The translations under genes and the position numbers were made by a program. From Girardia tigrina (Eukaryota), in the NCBI GenBank assembly GCA_001938485.1, contig MQRK01212777.1:1-50086 (forward strand): a stretch of DNA of 50,086 bases, given 5' to 3'. This document shows positions 13,603-26,524 of the stretch, piece after piece; the stretch's first letter is position 1, and the number at the start of each line of letters is the position of its first letter. Below the pieces are notes generated by a model that was not told the DNA's origin, did not search any database, and saw nothing but the letters and a program-made list of their open reading frames with translations.

Positions 13603-15056
13603 TATATTTTTAAAATTACTTTTTTATATTTAAATTTAAAAAGTCGCTATTTCAATTGTCGATATTTTGAATATGTCACTATTTTTACTACCGCTTTTTT
13701 GACCGTATCCCACAAATTATAATTGTTTTGTAATAATATGACTAATATTTGTCGTTTGACGTCACCATCATAGGACATAGACGTCACCATTATTGAACAA
13801 ACTGTTTAATGTTACACACACAATTCTGTAATGGATTTAGATTATTTTAGTACATTACTCACTTTTCTGTTGCTCGTTTTAATAGCTAAAAATAAACGTT
13901 TCTTCGTAGAATCCAGTTTTTAGAATGGAAGATGGAATTCTCTTTAGGAATAAAACGTAAAAATAAAATCATTAAATGTGTCACTCTTTCCATGGATTCG
14001 TCTCATAATTTGTATACTTTGAGCCAAACAATAGCTTACATCCATGATTCCAGAATCAATTTATAATCTACCTACAATAGTGTATATATAAAATATTTTA
14101 TTAGAGAAGACTACTTGTATATATTCTCTTACTGTGTCAATTGTGTTAACCACTTTATGATATCCTTAGAATTCGACATTTAAGTCAGTTTCTAGAGTGA
14201 AAAATACAATTTTGTTTGACATACAATTACAAATTTGTGTACATAAACAATGGTTCATTATGATACGTAAATTAATTTTGCAACAGAACTTCCTTATTAA
14301 ATATTATTTGCACTACAATTCTGTACATTATTTCTTTAATCTCTTCATTTATTTAAATTATCTGCAAATCTTTAAGTAACAATTCAACAATTCAATATGT
14401 GAGGTTCGCTAAGGTCATTCGAACCAATATTTAGATTGAAATTCAAACTGACATTTGTCATAATATCAAAAATTTATTTCAATAAAAAATGTTTTTTTAA
14501 CAAAAAGTATATCCGGGTTTAAAGGGGAAATCTGCCCCCGCGGTTTTTTCGCTTTGCACTTGGAGAATCGTTATGATATTAAATAAAAATAATTTAGTCA
14601 AATTTTCAGCTATTTATCTCAAACGGTTTTCGGGTATTTTATAGAAAACTATTTTTCGATTTTATTTGTTTTAATAGTAAAATTCAAAATAAATCAATAA
14701 CGATTTTTTCCTAATTCTTAGGAGTAAAAGACATTTAATAAAATAATTATTATAAATCTCAAGTGGAAAGTCAATTTCTTAAAAATGAAATAAAATTAAA
14801 ATCAATTTTTGACCGCGTTTTTGAAAAGTGTTAAACGCCAATTTTTTTAGAAAATGTATTTTTTACTCCTTTACACTCAGGAACTTTTTCAATTTTTTTG
14901 AAGGGGTGGAACATAATTAAAAAAATAAAAACTATTTTTTTTCAAAATATCATGTTTGAAACTCTAATTAAATCTAAATATTTAAACAAATATTTTGAAT
15001 ATTATCTAACTGAAATATATTTAAATTATTTTTTCAACTGTAAATATACATTTTAT

Positions 15057-15290
15057 TCAAACGACCGACCGACCGACACAAAGTGGACGGAATGGGAACT
15101 GAGCTCGCTGTCTCGGATTTCAGCGCTTGACGGGGCGATATTTGCCACACAACGACGAGGCGGTCGATACCCACTGGACTCAACCGGCTCATAGTAACCA
15201 ACGAGTTGACGCACCGACCTCCAGGTAATAACTCCTGGCACCTTAAAGAGATACCTGTCACCACAGCTGGATTCGAGGTCCACACCTCAC
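15057..15290 (-). mobile_element. Probable 5'-truncated tRNA-derived SINE
   Basis: ~230-bp GC-rich island; the minus strand has a B-box-like gacctcgaatcc near its 5' end and a (gtcg)n simple-repeat tail. Confidence 0.55.
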
Positions 15291-17578
15291 ACATAAAAAC
15301 GAAAGAATGTTAATTTAAAAACTTTTTATCTGCCAAAAAGAATTTAGGTTTCAAATAATGAAAATTAGATTAATATTTCGAGTGTTCTAAATGATATAAA
15401 CGACAATTTATTCGAATTTTGATTATTTTATAAATTAAATATCAAATATTATTGCGAAAATATAAATCCCCTTAACCATCAACACATAATCAAATGTTCA
15501 ACATTTACAAACGAAAATTCTTCGTTTTCAATTCGTACAGTTATTAATTAAAATAAATATTTAAATATTTCTAAATTATTTTTTTGAAGTTCATTAACGA
15601 CAATTGAACGTAATAAAATATACATTACACGTTCCCTAGCGAGTCATAATTTTATATTTATTGATTAATTATTAATAAAGTACAATAATAATGATTATTT
15701 AATGATTGAACCAAACTGTAAGAAAGTTAAAGAAAAATTATAAGGTCATATTTCTACAATAAATACGATTATTTCTTTGGATTTCATGTAAATTATTTGC
15801 ATTTGGTAAGAGTGGATTTTCATGTTACATATAGTTTGATTTCTTACCCCCACCATATGTGTTCACGATTCGTGACTCTTGAGTAAACAGTCAACCACGA
15901 AGGAAAATATCAAAAATATAAATCAACCCTTAATTATCCCCATCTTTCTTATTCCTCTAAATTCCCACGTTGCTGACCTTTGGCAACCATCATCTTCTTT
16001 ATTATAATCAAGTAGAAAATGGACGACATAGAAAATATTGACAAAGTATCTGTTATAAAAATAAAAATAGCAAAGTTATCAGACAAAAAGGAAAAGTCAT
16101 CTCTAAAAATTAGAAAATCAAAAAATTTCTTTTTGTTAAATCAATGTTTTAAATATCAGTGCTTAGGTAATGGAATGTGATGCTATGACTATATCGAACT
16201 ACGACTATACCGAAGTTTTTGTTGGCAAATTCCACTTCGATATGTGCGGAGTTCACTGTATATATTCTGGGGGATTATTCTATTTTTTTAAAAAAAGTTG
16301 GAAAAACAAGGACATTGTGGATTATTAGAAATTTTAAAAATCAAAAAAGAAATGGTAGTGCCCCTTCTTGTCCCTCGCTACGGTCGCATATTCCGTATCT
16401 ATTAAAAAGACTAAAATTGCCATATATTCTATAAAAGAGAATTACTACGAAGTAAATGCTCATAGATCAATCAATTAGTTGCCGATAACAACAAAATGGG
16501 TGTCCATCAAACAATAGCTATGAGAGACTGCAAGTGAATTGTTCATCAATAGTTACACCTGCATCTGAATTACAATTATTCAGTTGAATGGATTCTGTAT
16601 GTTATATTGTCACAAGTAATTTGTATAGAAATGCTTTTTTACATAATATAAAGTTATTCGAATAATCTGCGTTCCTAATTATTGTCTTTTAAGAAGATAA
16701 ATCGTAGAAAACATTCACATTAATTCAGCTTTTTATAATTGTATTTTGTATTTGTTTGATTGTTTATATACAATTGTTTATAAATATATTGTTTTGTACA
16801 TAATTGATGCATAAGGTAAAACATTTAAAATATAATTTTGTATTTACAACAATTACGAAGATGTATTTTTTGATTTCATAAGGAAATCTTTGATTTTGTT
16901 CTGATAAGATTTAAATAAATTTAGGATCAAGTAGTTGGTAAGTGGCGCGTTCAGCAGACACCAGAACATGGGACCCTGTGAATTTTACTCTCCATTGGTT
17001 GACCTCCTCTCATAGATTTCTGGAATACCTTCATTTATAGTTGCTTTTTCGGGGAGGCAGAAGAAACATAAATATATTAGTCAGATAAAGAAGTGAATTA
17101 ATTAAGTGTGCAATATATTTTATAAATCATGTTCATCTCTTTTATAATAGTAAAAATTCCGATATGGGTTTGCGCAATAACACGTCTTCGGTACCAATCC
17201 TCAACGATATTCTGTATAAATTGATGTACTATTCAAAAGATAGACATTAAATGATACTGGATGAGCACCAAGTGAAATGTAAATTCCTTTCAAAATATAA
17301 CTAGAATGATGATTATGAAAATCGTTTCAGTATTAGTGAGAATGTTTTTTGAGAATCAATGGCAATTTTAATGAAGCATGGACTGAGTGGTATATAATCA
17401 TGTGATACTCTACTTTGAATGATGTCCAAATGGCCCTTCTTGACACAAAGATTAGAAGAAGACTAATATTAAAAGATACGACTTAAGAATTGTGAAAATC
17501 ATTGATTAAACAATTCAATACAGTCCTAACAAACAAGTACACAAATTATACATATAACTTCTTAAACTCCGTTTTCTT

Positions 17579-17750
17579 AGGGGGGGGACTGTTGTGATAC
17601 TCTACTTCCGCGTGGTTTGTGTGTGGATGTGATATTCTTTCTTTTGCTTTTGTACAAAGTCTTGGTTTGATTAGTTGTTCTTTGTACATAGAGATTCCTG
17701 TGCGTGAGAAACGTGATGTATTTGTATGGTTATGTGTCGAGTTTTTATTT
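17579..17750 (+). mobile_element. Polypurine tract and start of a 3' LTR (LTR retroelement remnant)
   Basis: aggggggggac followed by TGTTGTGAT at 17590; the LTR end is not defined. Confidence 0.4.
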
Positions 17751-18544
17751 TTATTTCCTAAGAAATTTGGGCAGTTGTAAGAAAATTCTTTTTCACTTAT
17801 GAAGTCTATCGAAAATACTCGATGTGAAAGAACTAATCAATCAAATAAGAAACCTAAAACGGGATTCACGATCCAGGAAGAAACACCTAATGATAATGTT
17901 TCTTCAATAAGTGACGATAAATCTAGCTGTTACAGCATCTCCAATTACAGATTTGAACAATAAAAATATTTCTAACGCTGAGATAATTACACTAGGATCG
18001 AATAGTGACAGTGGCGAAGTCTGACAGATATTAATGCAGAACCATCGGAGGCAAATTTCTTTAAAAGAACTGGAAGTTGATGGAACAAGAATTTTAGATT
18101 GATACTTAAACAGCTGCTTTACGTTATCTTTGAATAAAACATAACTAAGAACATTGTCAGTTCCAAAATAAGTAACTTATGAATGCCACCTCTCCATCGT
18201 AATTACAAACGCAAAAAACACTCCAAGTTTATTCATGTGAACATTACGCAAACAATTTCATAAACTAATGCATTATTATCTATAAAAAAAATCAATAAAT
18301 AAATTGATCGTCAAATAATGTTAATAACTATTTACCGTATGTGGTTTCATGTCTAGAATGATTATTTTGGAATTTTTAATTGGTTTAATAAACGCATTTG
18401 TCTTTCGAGGTTATTCTTTATTTTATTTTATTTACGACTTTTTGTTTGTTAAATATTATTAATTTTGTAAATTATTTATTTTTGTTAGTAAGAATAGTTA
18501 TTCGTTTACGCACACGAATAACTATTTTTACAAATCACATCATT

Positions 18545-18835
18545 AAAATCCGTAGTTGGGGTAGAGATCGATGACAATTGGATTACAAGGCACATATCCA
18601 AGATCAACAGAACAACAAAAATTCAAGAATCTACTGCAGTTGGTTCCAATGATTACACCACAGACAGCGATGACGAAGTTGGAGATCAGGTATCTCACAA
18701 AATAGGAACTAATTGAACGTCAGATATCGATAATGAGATGGAAGAACTAGAAGCCCAAGAGATAGTTAAAGATTCTACGAAACGACTGATGCAAGTACAG
18801 AAACAACCGAAACATCTAAATTACTGTCATTTGAT
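18545..18835 (+). mobile_element. Probable C-terminal fragment of a gypsy pol/integrase
   Basis: Near-open frame VEIDDNWITRHISKI...acidic tract...KRLMQVQKQPKHLNY resembles the typical R-rich/P.HL.DY pol tail; one stop. Confidence 0.4.
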
Positions 18836-18865
18836 ATTGAGATCATTGGTGTGTGTAATTAAATA

Positions 18866-20114
18866 CAGGGTTACCATAAAGTAACATAACAACTTCAATG
18901 TAGCATTAAATAATGAAAACTCAAATTATATAAATTATGAATAGATGAAAATGTCACATTAAAGTTAGAAGTTTATTAAAACAAATAAGTGATTTAATGT
19001 CTTCCACCTTCAGCTATACACAAACGTAAACTTGAAATAACGTTTTCCATAACAGAGTTGAGCATATCTTTTGGAATTGCTAAAATTGCTTGCTCAATTT
19101 TCTGTTTAATTTCAGAAAGAGATGTTGGAGTTGGATTGTAAACATTTGCTTTTAGCATTCCCCAGACTTCATGTCTGGACTTCTGACAGGTCATAAAAAG
19201 TCAAAACCTTTTCCGATAAACCTATTACCAAATTTTTATAAAGAAGTTGTTTTGTTTTGTTCGCTGTATGACGTGTAGCCCCATCCTGCTGGAAAATGGT
19301 TACTGAAAATTTCTTCTTTGCTTTTAATTGTGGACTAACATGATGAAGAATCATTTCTCAATATCTATCAGCTGTAACGGTATAACTCTCACCATTATGA
19401 TCTTCATAGAAAAAATTTTGAGCATGAAGTCTCTTGGGAAGCCAACCCATACAATTACCACAACGGCTACTCATGTAATTTGTATTGATTGCATGAACTC
19501 CAAATTCTATAATTTCACGTATTAACTGCACCATTCAAATGAAAATAGGACTCATCATACCAAAAAAACATTGGGAAGAAAAGATGGATAATGTTCAGAC
19601 TTTTAAAGCATGTATTCACAATATGCATTTCTTTCTTCATTATCCTTAGCTGTGAGAGCATGCACAGCAGGAATACGATAGGAATACAGATTGAGATACT
19701 GTGTTAAGATCTTTACAACTGTTAATTGAGGAATGTTGGTAGGTTTATAAATTATGATAGAGCTGATATGGCCATTTGCTGCAATGATACTTTCCACTTT
19801 GTCAATCTTTTCTGGTCGACCAGATTTGGCTTTGCCATCAACTGTCCCAAATTGCTTAAATTTTTTAATCAGAATTCTTGATGTGTTCCTGTTGGGACCG
19901 TCATGCTCCTTTTAAATTCCTTTAATTGTTCTTAACCTTCGCCAAGTAACAGTTTCACTCCTTTCATTTTCATTATAAAGCTGAAAAGTAATATTTTGCT
20001 ATTAAGAGATAAACGTAAAATGGCTTATAATTCAAATTAGTACAAACATGACTTCTATAATGTAGACAAAAAATATTTGAACATTCAATAACATTTCGAC
20101 GTTATGTTACTTTA
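18866..20114 (-). mobile_element. Degenerate Tc1/mariner-superfamily transposon (maT/DD37D-like)
   Basis: SGRP, FQQDGATRHTA, WGMLKANVY and LCIAEGGRH motifs; TA+cagggttaccataaagtaacataac at 18866 and a partial inverted copy gttatgttacttta at 20101-20114. Confidence 0.85.
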
Positions 20115-20230
20115 CGTAAGTGGTATTATATTTTCTTAAATAAGACAAATCACTTTTAAAAATCTTATTATCGGTATGAGGGGTTAGTTTAAATTTTCAT
20201 TTCGCCAAAAATAATATTTCTAAATATAAT

Positions 20231-20487
20231 AAATAGTTTATTATTTTAAAAATTTTTAAAAAAGTAAATTAAAAATTAAAAAGTAAAGTAAAAATATCAT
20301 AAAAATTAAATACTTATTTAAAATATTCTTGCAGTTATAACAACTAATTATTATAAATGCAAGAATAATTAATTGTTATAACTGCAAGAATATTTTAAAT
20401 AAGTATTTAATTTTTATGATATTTTTACTTTACTTTTTAATTTTTAATTTACTTTTTTTTAAAATTTGTTAAAATAATAAACTATTT
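20231..20487. repeat. Near-perfect long inverted repeat (arms ~120 bp, short loop)
   Basis: aaatagtttattattttaa...ttcttgcagttataacaa is mirrored by ttgttataactgcaagaa...ttaaaataataaactattt; no gap inside. Confidence 0.9.
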
Positions 20488-21025
20488 TAGCGAAGTTATA
20501 AAATAAGTTTAAATAAACTTTAAAATAGATAATTAACGGATTAATATTTTAAAAAATATTTTTTTTTATAAAAGGCTTATAGTAAATTTAAATTAATTAG
20601 TTTAATAACTAAATTTCGTAAAAATGTAAAAATTATTATAAAGTTTAAAATTTAGCAAATTTTCGACATTTAAACGAAAAAAAAATTAATGAATTAATTT
20701 TGGGCGAAATTTGTTTAAATATGTGAATTGTTGATATTAATAAATATTGTGGTGTTAAATTACGAATACTGAATTTGATAATAATGAAAGTGGCATAAAC
20801 GCTACTTACAATCGATTTGTAACTTGAAGCAATTTTAAAAAAAAAATACACCATAGATTTAATCATTTAATACATCAATTATTGTCCAAACAAGCCTCAC
20901 TTCTTTGTTCAATGTATTTAGTTAGTTTGGTCAAATGCTCGTCATTTCTGTATGCATTGTTATTAATTATGCTTGAAGATTGTGGATAACCAAACGAAAT
21001 ATATTGTGAACTTTTTTTAATTTAA

Positions 21026-21394
21026 CCACTTCTGTGATTTGCCCGAATACCATTCGGGTAGGTATTTTGCTGACACAGTGATTTGCCCGAACTGGATTCG
21101 GGCAAATCATACACGAAACTTTTTATAGTGATTTGCCNNNNNNNNNNNNNNNNNNNNNNNNNNNNNNNNNNNNNNNNNNNNNNNNNNACCATTCGGGTAG
21201 GTATTTTGCTGACACAGTGATTTGCCCGAACTGGATTCGGGCAAATCATACACGAAACTTTTTATAGTGATTTGCCGAAATCCAGCTCGGGTCATTCCCC
21301 CACCAAATCATTCCCCACCCGAATCCAGTTCGGGCAAATCACTGTGTCAGCAAAATACCTACCAGAATGGTATTCGGGCAAATCACAGAAGTGG
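21026..21394. mobile_element. TTAA-flanked MITE with ~75-bp TIRs built from tgatttgcccgaa sub-repeats
   Basis: TTAA at 21022-21025 and 21395-21398; ends ccacttctgtgatttgcccgaa / ttcgggcaaatcacagaagtgg; contains an N-gap. Confidence 0.85.
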
Positions 21395-22414
21395 TTAATA
21401 AATTTTAAATTGACTGATGATTACAATATTAAAAATTAAATTATTAATTATTGATTTAGGGAAAATTTCAGTCATATGAAAGAATTACTTAAATTTTAAA
21501 AAATATTAAAGAATTAAAAGAATTAATCACAATAATATTTGTGAGACTTTTTAAAATCATGAAACATTTTCCGTACTTTGGATTCAATTTTAAAGGATTA
21601 ATATTCAATGTAAAGATAATATTCATCAAATGTATATTGTATATTCTTGTTTGTCTGTCTTTTATTTTGTTAGATCATCAAAGAAGCAATTAGATGGAAA
21701 GTACCTGATCGAGCTGTACTTTCGATAGGAACTGATGAAGCAATTCCCCTACCGTATTAATACATGCAAGTGACTTGTACCACATATCATGCGTCCAGAT
21801 AGTAATTTCCCTTTTATCTTATATTTTTGTAAAATAATATGACTAAAATAAAATGAATTAAATGGAAAGATTGTGAATCTCAATATCGCAACCACAGCGA
21901 ATAAAATTAAATCAAAAGATAACGGAGAATAATAAACCAGACATTGTGTATAGAATAATCACATAAACGAGTGCTGAAAAAGGAAATGTTCACCATTCGT
22001 ATAGGAAAACCCCTTATATTTAACAGTTTATTCGGAAAACCCCAATTTAAAATATCCGTACCAAAGGATCTTAAGAAATTTGAAAACTGAAATACAAACA
22101 TCAAAAAAACTTAAATAGGAAAAGGACTCTGGAAAAATACTTATTTTACATAATGTGCGTAAATTTTAATTTTTTATCTACATCAATATCCTTGTAAATT
22201 GTAAAATCGATGTACAAGGGACAGAAATGCTTACAACAGTCATCTATATATATTGTCTTGCTCGAATTTTTTTGATATATAAAATAAATTTATTTGTATT
22301 TTTATTTATATTTTATTAATATTTAAAATAAACTAAGTTATATTTATATATAAATATTTAAAAAATGATGATAGACTATTTTTAAAAAACAAAAAACGAT
22401 CATCAGAATTTATT

Positions 22415-22451
22415 GTGATTAATTTCGACGGATCAACCGTCATCATCAGAC
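22415..22451 (-). ncRNA. Minimal type I hammerhead ribozyme motif (Penelope-like)
   Basis: Minus strand: GT-CTGATGA-T-GACGG-ttgat-CCGTC-GAAA-TTAA-TC-AC; full core, 5-bp stem II, palindromic stem III ATTAAT. Confidence 0.75.
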
Positions 22452-22459
22452 TGAATTAA

Positions 22460-24880
22460 CAATGAACTACCCTCCGAACTAATGCAATCCATAGAGGAGC
22501 ACGCCGACGAACAACCATTTAATGAATTAAAATCCTCGAATCCTTTCAACCATCGCCCAACGAAGTTTTCAACAGTTATTTTCAGTCACAATCTCTCGGA
22601 AACCAGAAGCCATCAATATTCCTGCCAAAGCTCATCTCGGATATAGAAATCTTCCACCTTGATGTCACAAAAGGTAGCCCCAATGAGATGCTGAAACACG
22701 TTTTTCTCCGCGCTTTTTAGATACTGGTTCCAGCTGTTCCACGCAAAATTCCATATCATGCACCTGCTTCACGGTTACCTCACCGACAATCCAAACGCCA
22801 GTTGTCCCCAATCCCTCTGAATTCATAGACCCGATTGCAGCACTCCAAGGGCAAATACGAGAGATTAACACGCAGCTCGCAGCTCTCCACCATGACAGAT
22901 ACAAGGAAAATCAGTGCCAAAAGTCGTCCACTGACCGAAACCGGTCGATCTACACTAATCTTTGTTGGTATCATATGAAGTTCGGCAACGAAATCAGGAA
23001 ATACCCCCCAGGCTACATGTGGTAAGGAAACGAAAACAAGCTCGACATGCACAACACGTGTATTTACCATTTCCGTTTCAGTCAACAAGCAAAGCGATGC
23101 GCTGCAGGTTGCTTTTTCAATTCGTCAAAAAACTAATTTCGCCTTCAGTCTTCGAAGCCGACTCAGTAAACGCAAACAATTGCTGCAGCATCTTCGCGTG
23201 CAATACTACCATCAACGATCATTCCACCCGTACAGTGTCGTTTTTGTCTGACATTGGCTCGGATATATCCGTTTTAACAAGATCGTTCCAACCCCGAAAT
23301 AGTCACTCCAACCGCCGTCTCACAGCCACCAACGGATCAGTTGTTTACACGTATGGCACAATGCAACTATCGTTCCAGCTCCCCACCTTAGAATCGCAAT
23401 TCACTTGGACTTTCACCATTGCCGATATCACACAACCAATACTTGGAGCAGACTTTTTCGTTCACTTTAATCTCCTGGTAGACCGTAAGAACAAAAGATT
23501 CATCCTAAGTCACACTTTGGAAACTCCACACCCCGCTTCGATTTTGCATCAAATTTGCCCTCTTGTTTCCAATACGACTCAATACATTGAACAAAACTTT
23601 CCCAATGGGATGAGTACGTTTAAACCTGTTGATAGGGCCCACAGCTGCATTTCCGACCATGTCATAGTCACAGCACCATGCGCTCCAGCGCGCCAGCGAT
23701 GCAGAGAGTTGTCGCAAGACAGGAGATTCTAGACTGAAAAGGAATTTAGAGAGCTTGAGGAGTCCGGAATCATACACCGTTCCAACTCCCCATGGGCCGC
23801 CCCATTACAAATCGTGACTATGAAGGATGGCTTCCTTACAATCCCCGACTCGTATCCGATGCCTCTCATCACTGATATCCATCAACGTTTCGTGAATTGC
23901 AAACTCTTTTCGTTCCTGGACTTGACCAAGGCGTATCACCTAATTCCAGTTGAGGAATTTTCCATTGCCAATACAGCCATCATAACGTCATTTGATATAT
24001 TCGAACACCTTCAAATGCCATTTGGTCTCCGAAACGCCTCACAAACGTCCCAGTAGCACATCGATATCATTCGCAATGGCTTGTCAAACCCTGCAGCCTA
24101 CATCGACTATATTGTCGTAGCATCTATAAACATCACGACTTACCAACAACATCTCTCAGAGATCCTTTCGAATCTCATTACGAACCATTTGAAATTAAAA
24201 CTTTCAAAGTGCTCATTTTTTTCAACCCAGTGTTTAATTTCAGGGACACCTCCTATCACAAGATGGCATCCGTTCACTGCCAGATCGCATCAAAGCTATC
24301 ACGGAGTTTCCCCGACCAGAAACGGTTACCGTCTTGCGTAGTTTCCTATGAATGGTCGACTACTGCCTTAGGTTCATCTCTCACGCTCACGGACATGTCT
24401 TCTGATCCGAAGAAACAACGCCTAACCTGGTCAGATAATGCTATAACGGCTTTCCAACAAATCAAACAAGATATTACACAGACATGTTCCCTTCACTATC
24501 CAGATGCGTTATTGTCGATCACATTAACAACAGACGCATCCAACATCACGATAAGAGCTGTTCTGACGCAAGTATGCTACAATTAACCTGAACCTTTAGA
24601 GTTTTTCTCACACAAACTCTCGTATGTACAGACCCGGTATTCCACATTTGACAAAGAACTTCTGGGGTTATTTCAGTCGGTAAAACATTTCGAACACCTG
24701 TTGATAGGGCGACCATCCATGATCTATACGGACAAGAAGCCACTTCTTCAAATATTCCATCACTCCGCCAACATGGACAAATCAGCTACCTGTACCAGTT
24801 CGACATCAAGATCAAATTCATCTCCGGAGGTAACAATGTCGTCTCTGACTGCTTTTCCCTCATCGAGCTGGAATCTCAGA
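22460..24880 (+). mobile_element. Degenerate Ty3/gypsy LTR retrotransposon (gag-PR-RT-RNase H; integrase not seen)
   Basis: gag tail LCWYHMKFG; protease FLSDIGSDISV..ILGADF; RT SPWAAP, DSYPMP, LDLTKAYH, MPFGLRNA, AYIDY; RNase H TDASN, YSTFDKELL, YTDKKPL; multiple stops and frameshifts. Confidence 0.92.
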
Positions 24881-26483
24881 ACTTCGAACCCTTGTTTCTA
24901 TTTCGAAAGTTCTTTTTGTTTCTTTAACAAATTTGATGTTTCCAACAATTTCGTTATCAAAAAATGGAACTCAATGCGTCTTGCAGAAGTGAATCGAGCC
25001 CATCGATCGATTCTGATCATGATTACTCAAAGAAAATTAACAAGATGATTAAGATATCGACAAATCTGACTTTTACTTGGAGTTCGGAATTGATAAATTT
25101 TATTGATTGAGTAAAAGAAAACAATTTGATTGATATTTTTCATGTGATTGATTTCAAATTGTTCTACTACACTAGTGCCGATTTCATTCAAACAATGTTT
25201 TTGATTCAGTTTACCCGTTGACAATTAAAGAGGAGAGGGAAGGAGTCTCGAAAAATGACAAAAAATAAGCGAAATGGCCCCTATGAGCTCTGGTGCTCAT
25301 GAACCTTTTATTCAAAAATTTAAAATAACATGTGGATTATTGAAACACGATTAAAATTGTTCTTTACATAAGGCGGCAATTATTCGCTTCAAAAAACCGA
25401 TTTATAACACCTGAATTTAAGTCTTTAGAATCAAGATTATATGATTATAATTACATTTTGAATTTATTTTAAAAATTAAAAAATATTGATTATTTTCGAA
25501 AACTAATTATTACATTTAAAATGGTGGGGCAATTGAATAAAATTGAATTTTTAATGATTTAACATGTTTTACTTAATAAATTTATTTAATTATAGGGTTT
25601 TTCGATCTATTTTCCAATACTTGCAATCATTTTTCCAATCTTTGCAATCAATTTTCCATTGATATTGTGAGGAATATTTTAAATTGTTGGAATGTGTAAA
25701 TATATGGATGCTGTATGTTGATTTAAGTATGTTGAATTTAGAATGGTGATTCTCCCACCCAGATGGAAATTGGTATTTTTTATTAAATTTAAAGTGATTG
25801 ACTATTCGAACATAATTAAAATAATCATTTTGTAAGTTCATATCTTTAATTTCAGAATTAAAATTAAGTTTAATAATTTTTAGTAAAATGTAAATTAAAT
25901 GCATTTTTAATAATTTGATGTCATTTTTATTATTTTGGGATTTATTGAAAAATAAAAAACTAATATTTTTAATTAATATTTTTAGAGGTTAAATATTTTA
26001 AAAAATAACTTAGAAAATTGTTCGAATAATCATGATTATAAACAGAAATAAGAAAACCAATTAGAACGATGAAAGACCTTCTGAGAGTTTTAATGACTCT
26101 AAATGTAATTGCAATAAAGATTCAAACGAGACTTGTTTAAATGTTCTAAATAGATATAATTTTAATCAATAAAAATTAATAAAATCAATAAAATTACATA
26201 AAATCAATAAAATCAAAATTGTTTAAAAACTTTTCTTGATCGAATCAACAATCTGAATTCGATTGTTGTTAGGGCCTGGCGAACTTATAGATTTTTAAAT
26301 TTTTAAAATAGCATAAAATATTAATTATTTAAAGAGATTATTATTTAAATGTGTTAATAACGCTTAACACATAATTTATTAAAATTAATAATAATCTAAT
26401 AAAAAGTTAATAAGTAAAAAAATATAACGTTATAATATCGTTATAAAAAATTAATCGTAATAAAAATTAACGTTATAATAACG

Positions 26484-26487
<4 letters not shown>

Positions 26488-26521
<34 letters not shown>
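26488..26521. repeat. (TA)n microsatellite (others at ~31067-31082, ~31116-31134, ~40414-40439, ~47902-47932, ~49290-49307)
   Basis: Direct reading. Confidence 0.95.

Positions 26522-26524
<3 letters not shown>

Noticed and set aside
15240-15290. tRNA gene
   Set aside because: Only a B-box-like arm is present, with no cloverleaf or A-box; treated as a SINE head.
14518-15475. Possible Kolobok-like TTAA element (ttaaagggga ... tccccttaa)
   Set aside because: The terminal match is only ~5 bp and out of register, so it is not supportable.
21048-21276. ~90-bp direct repeat on both sides of the N-gap
   Set aside because: An identical overlap flanking a scaffold gap is most likely an unmerged contig overlap.
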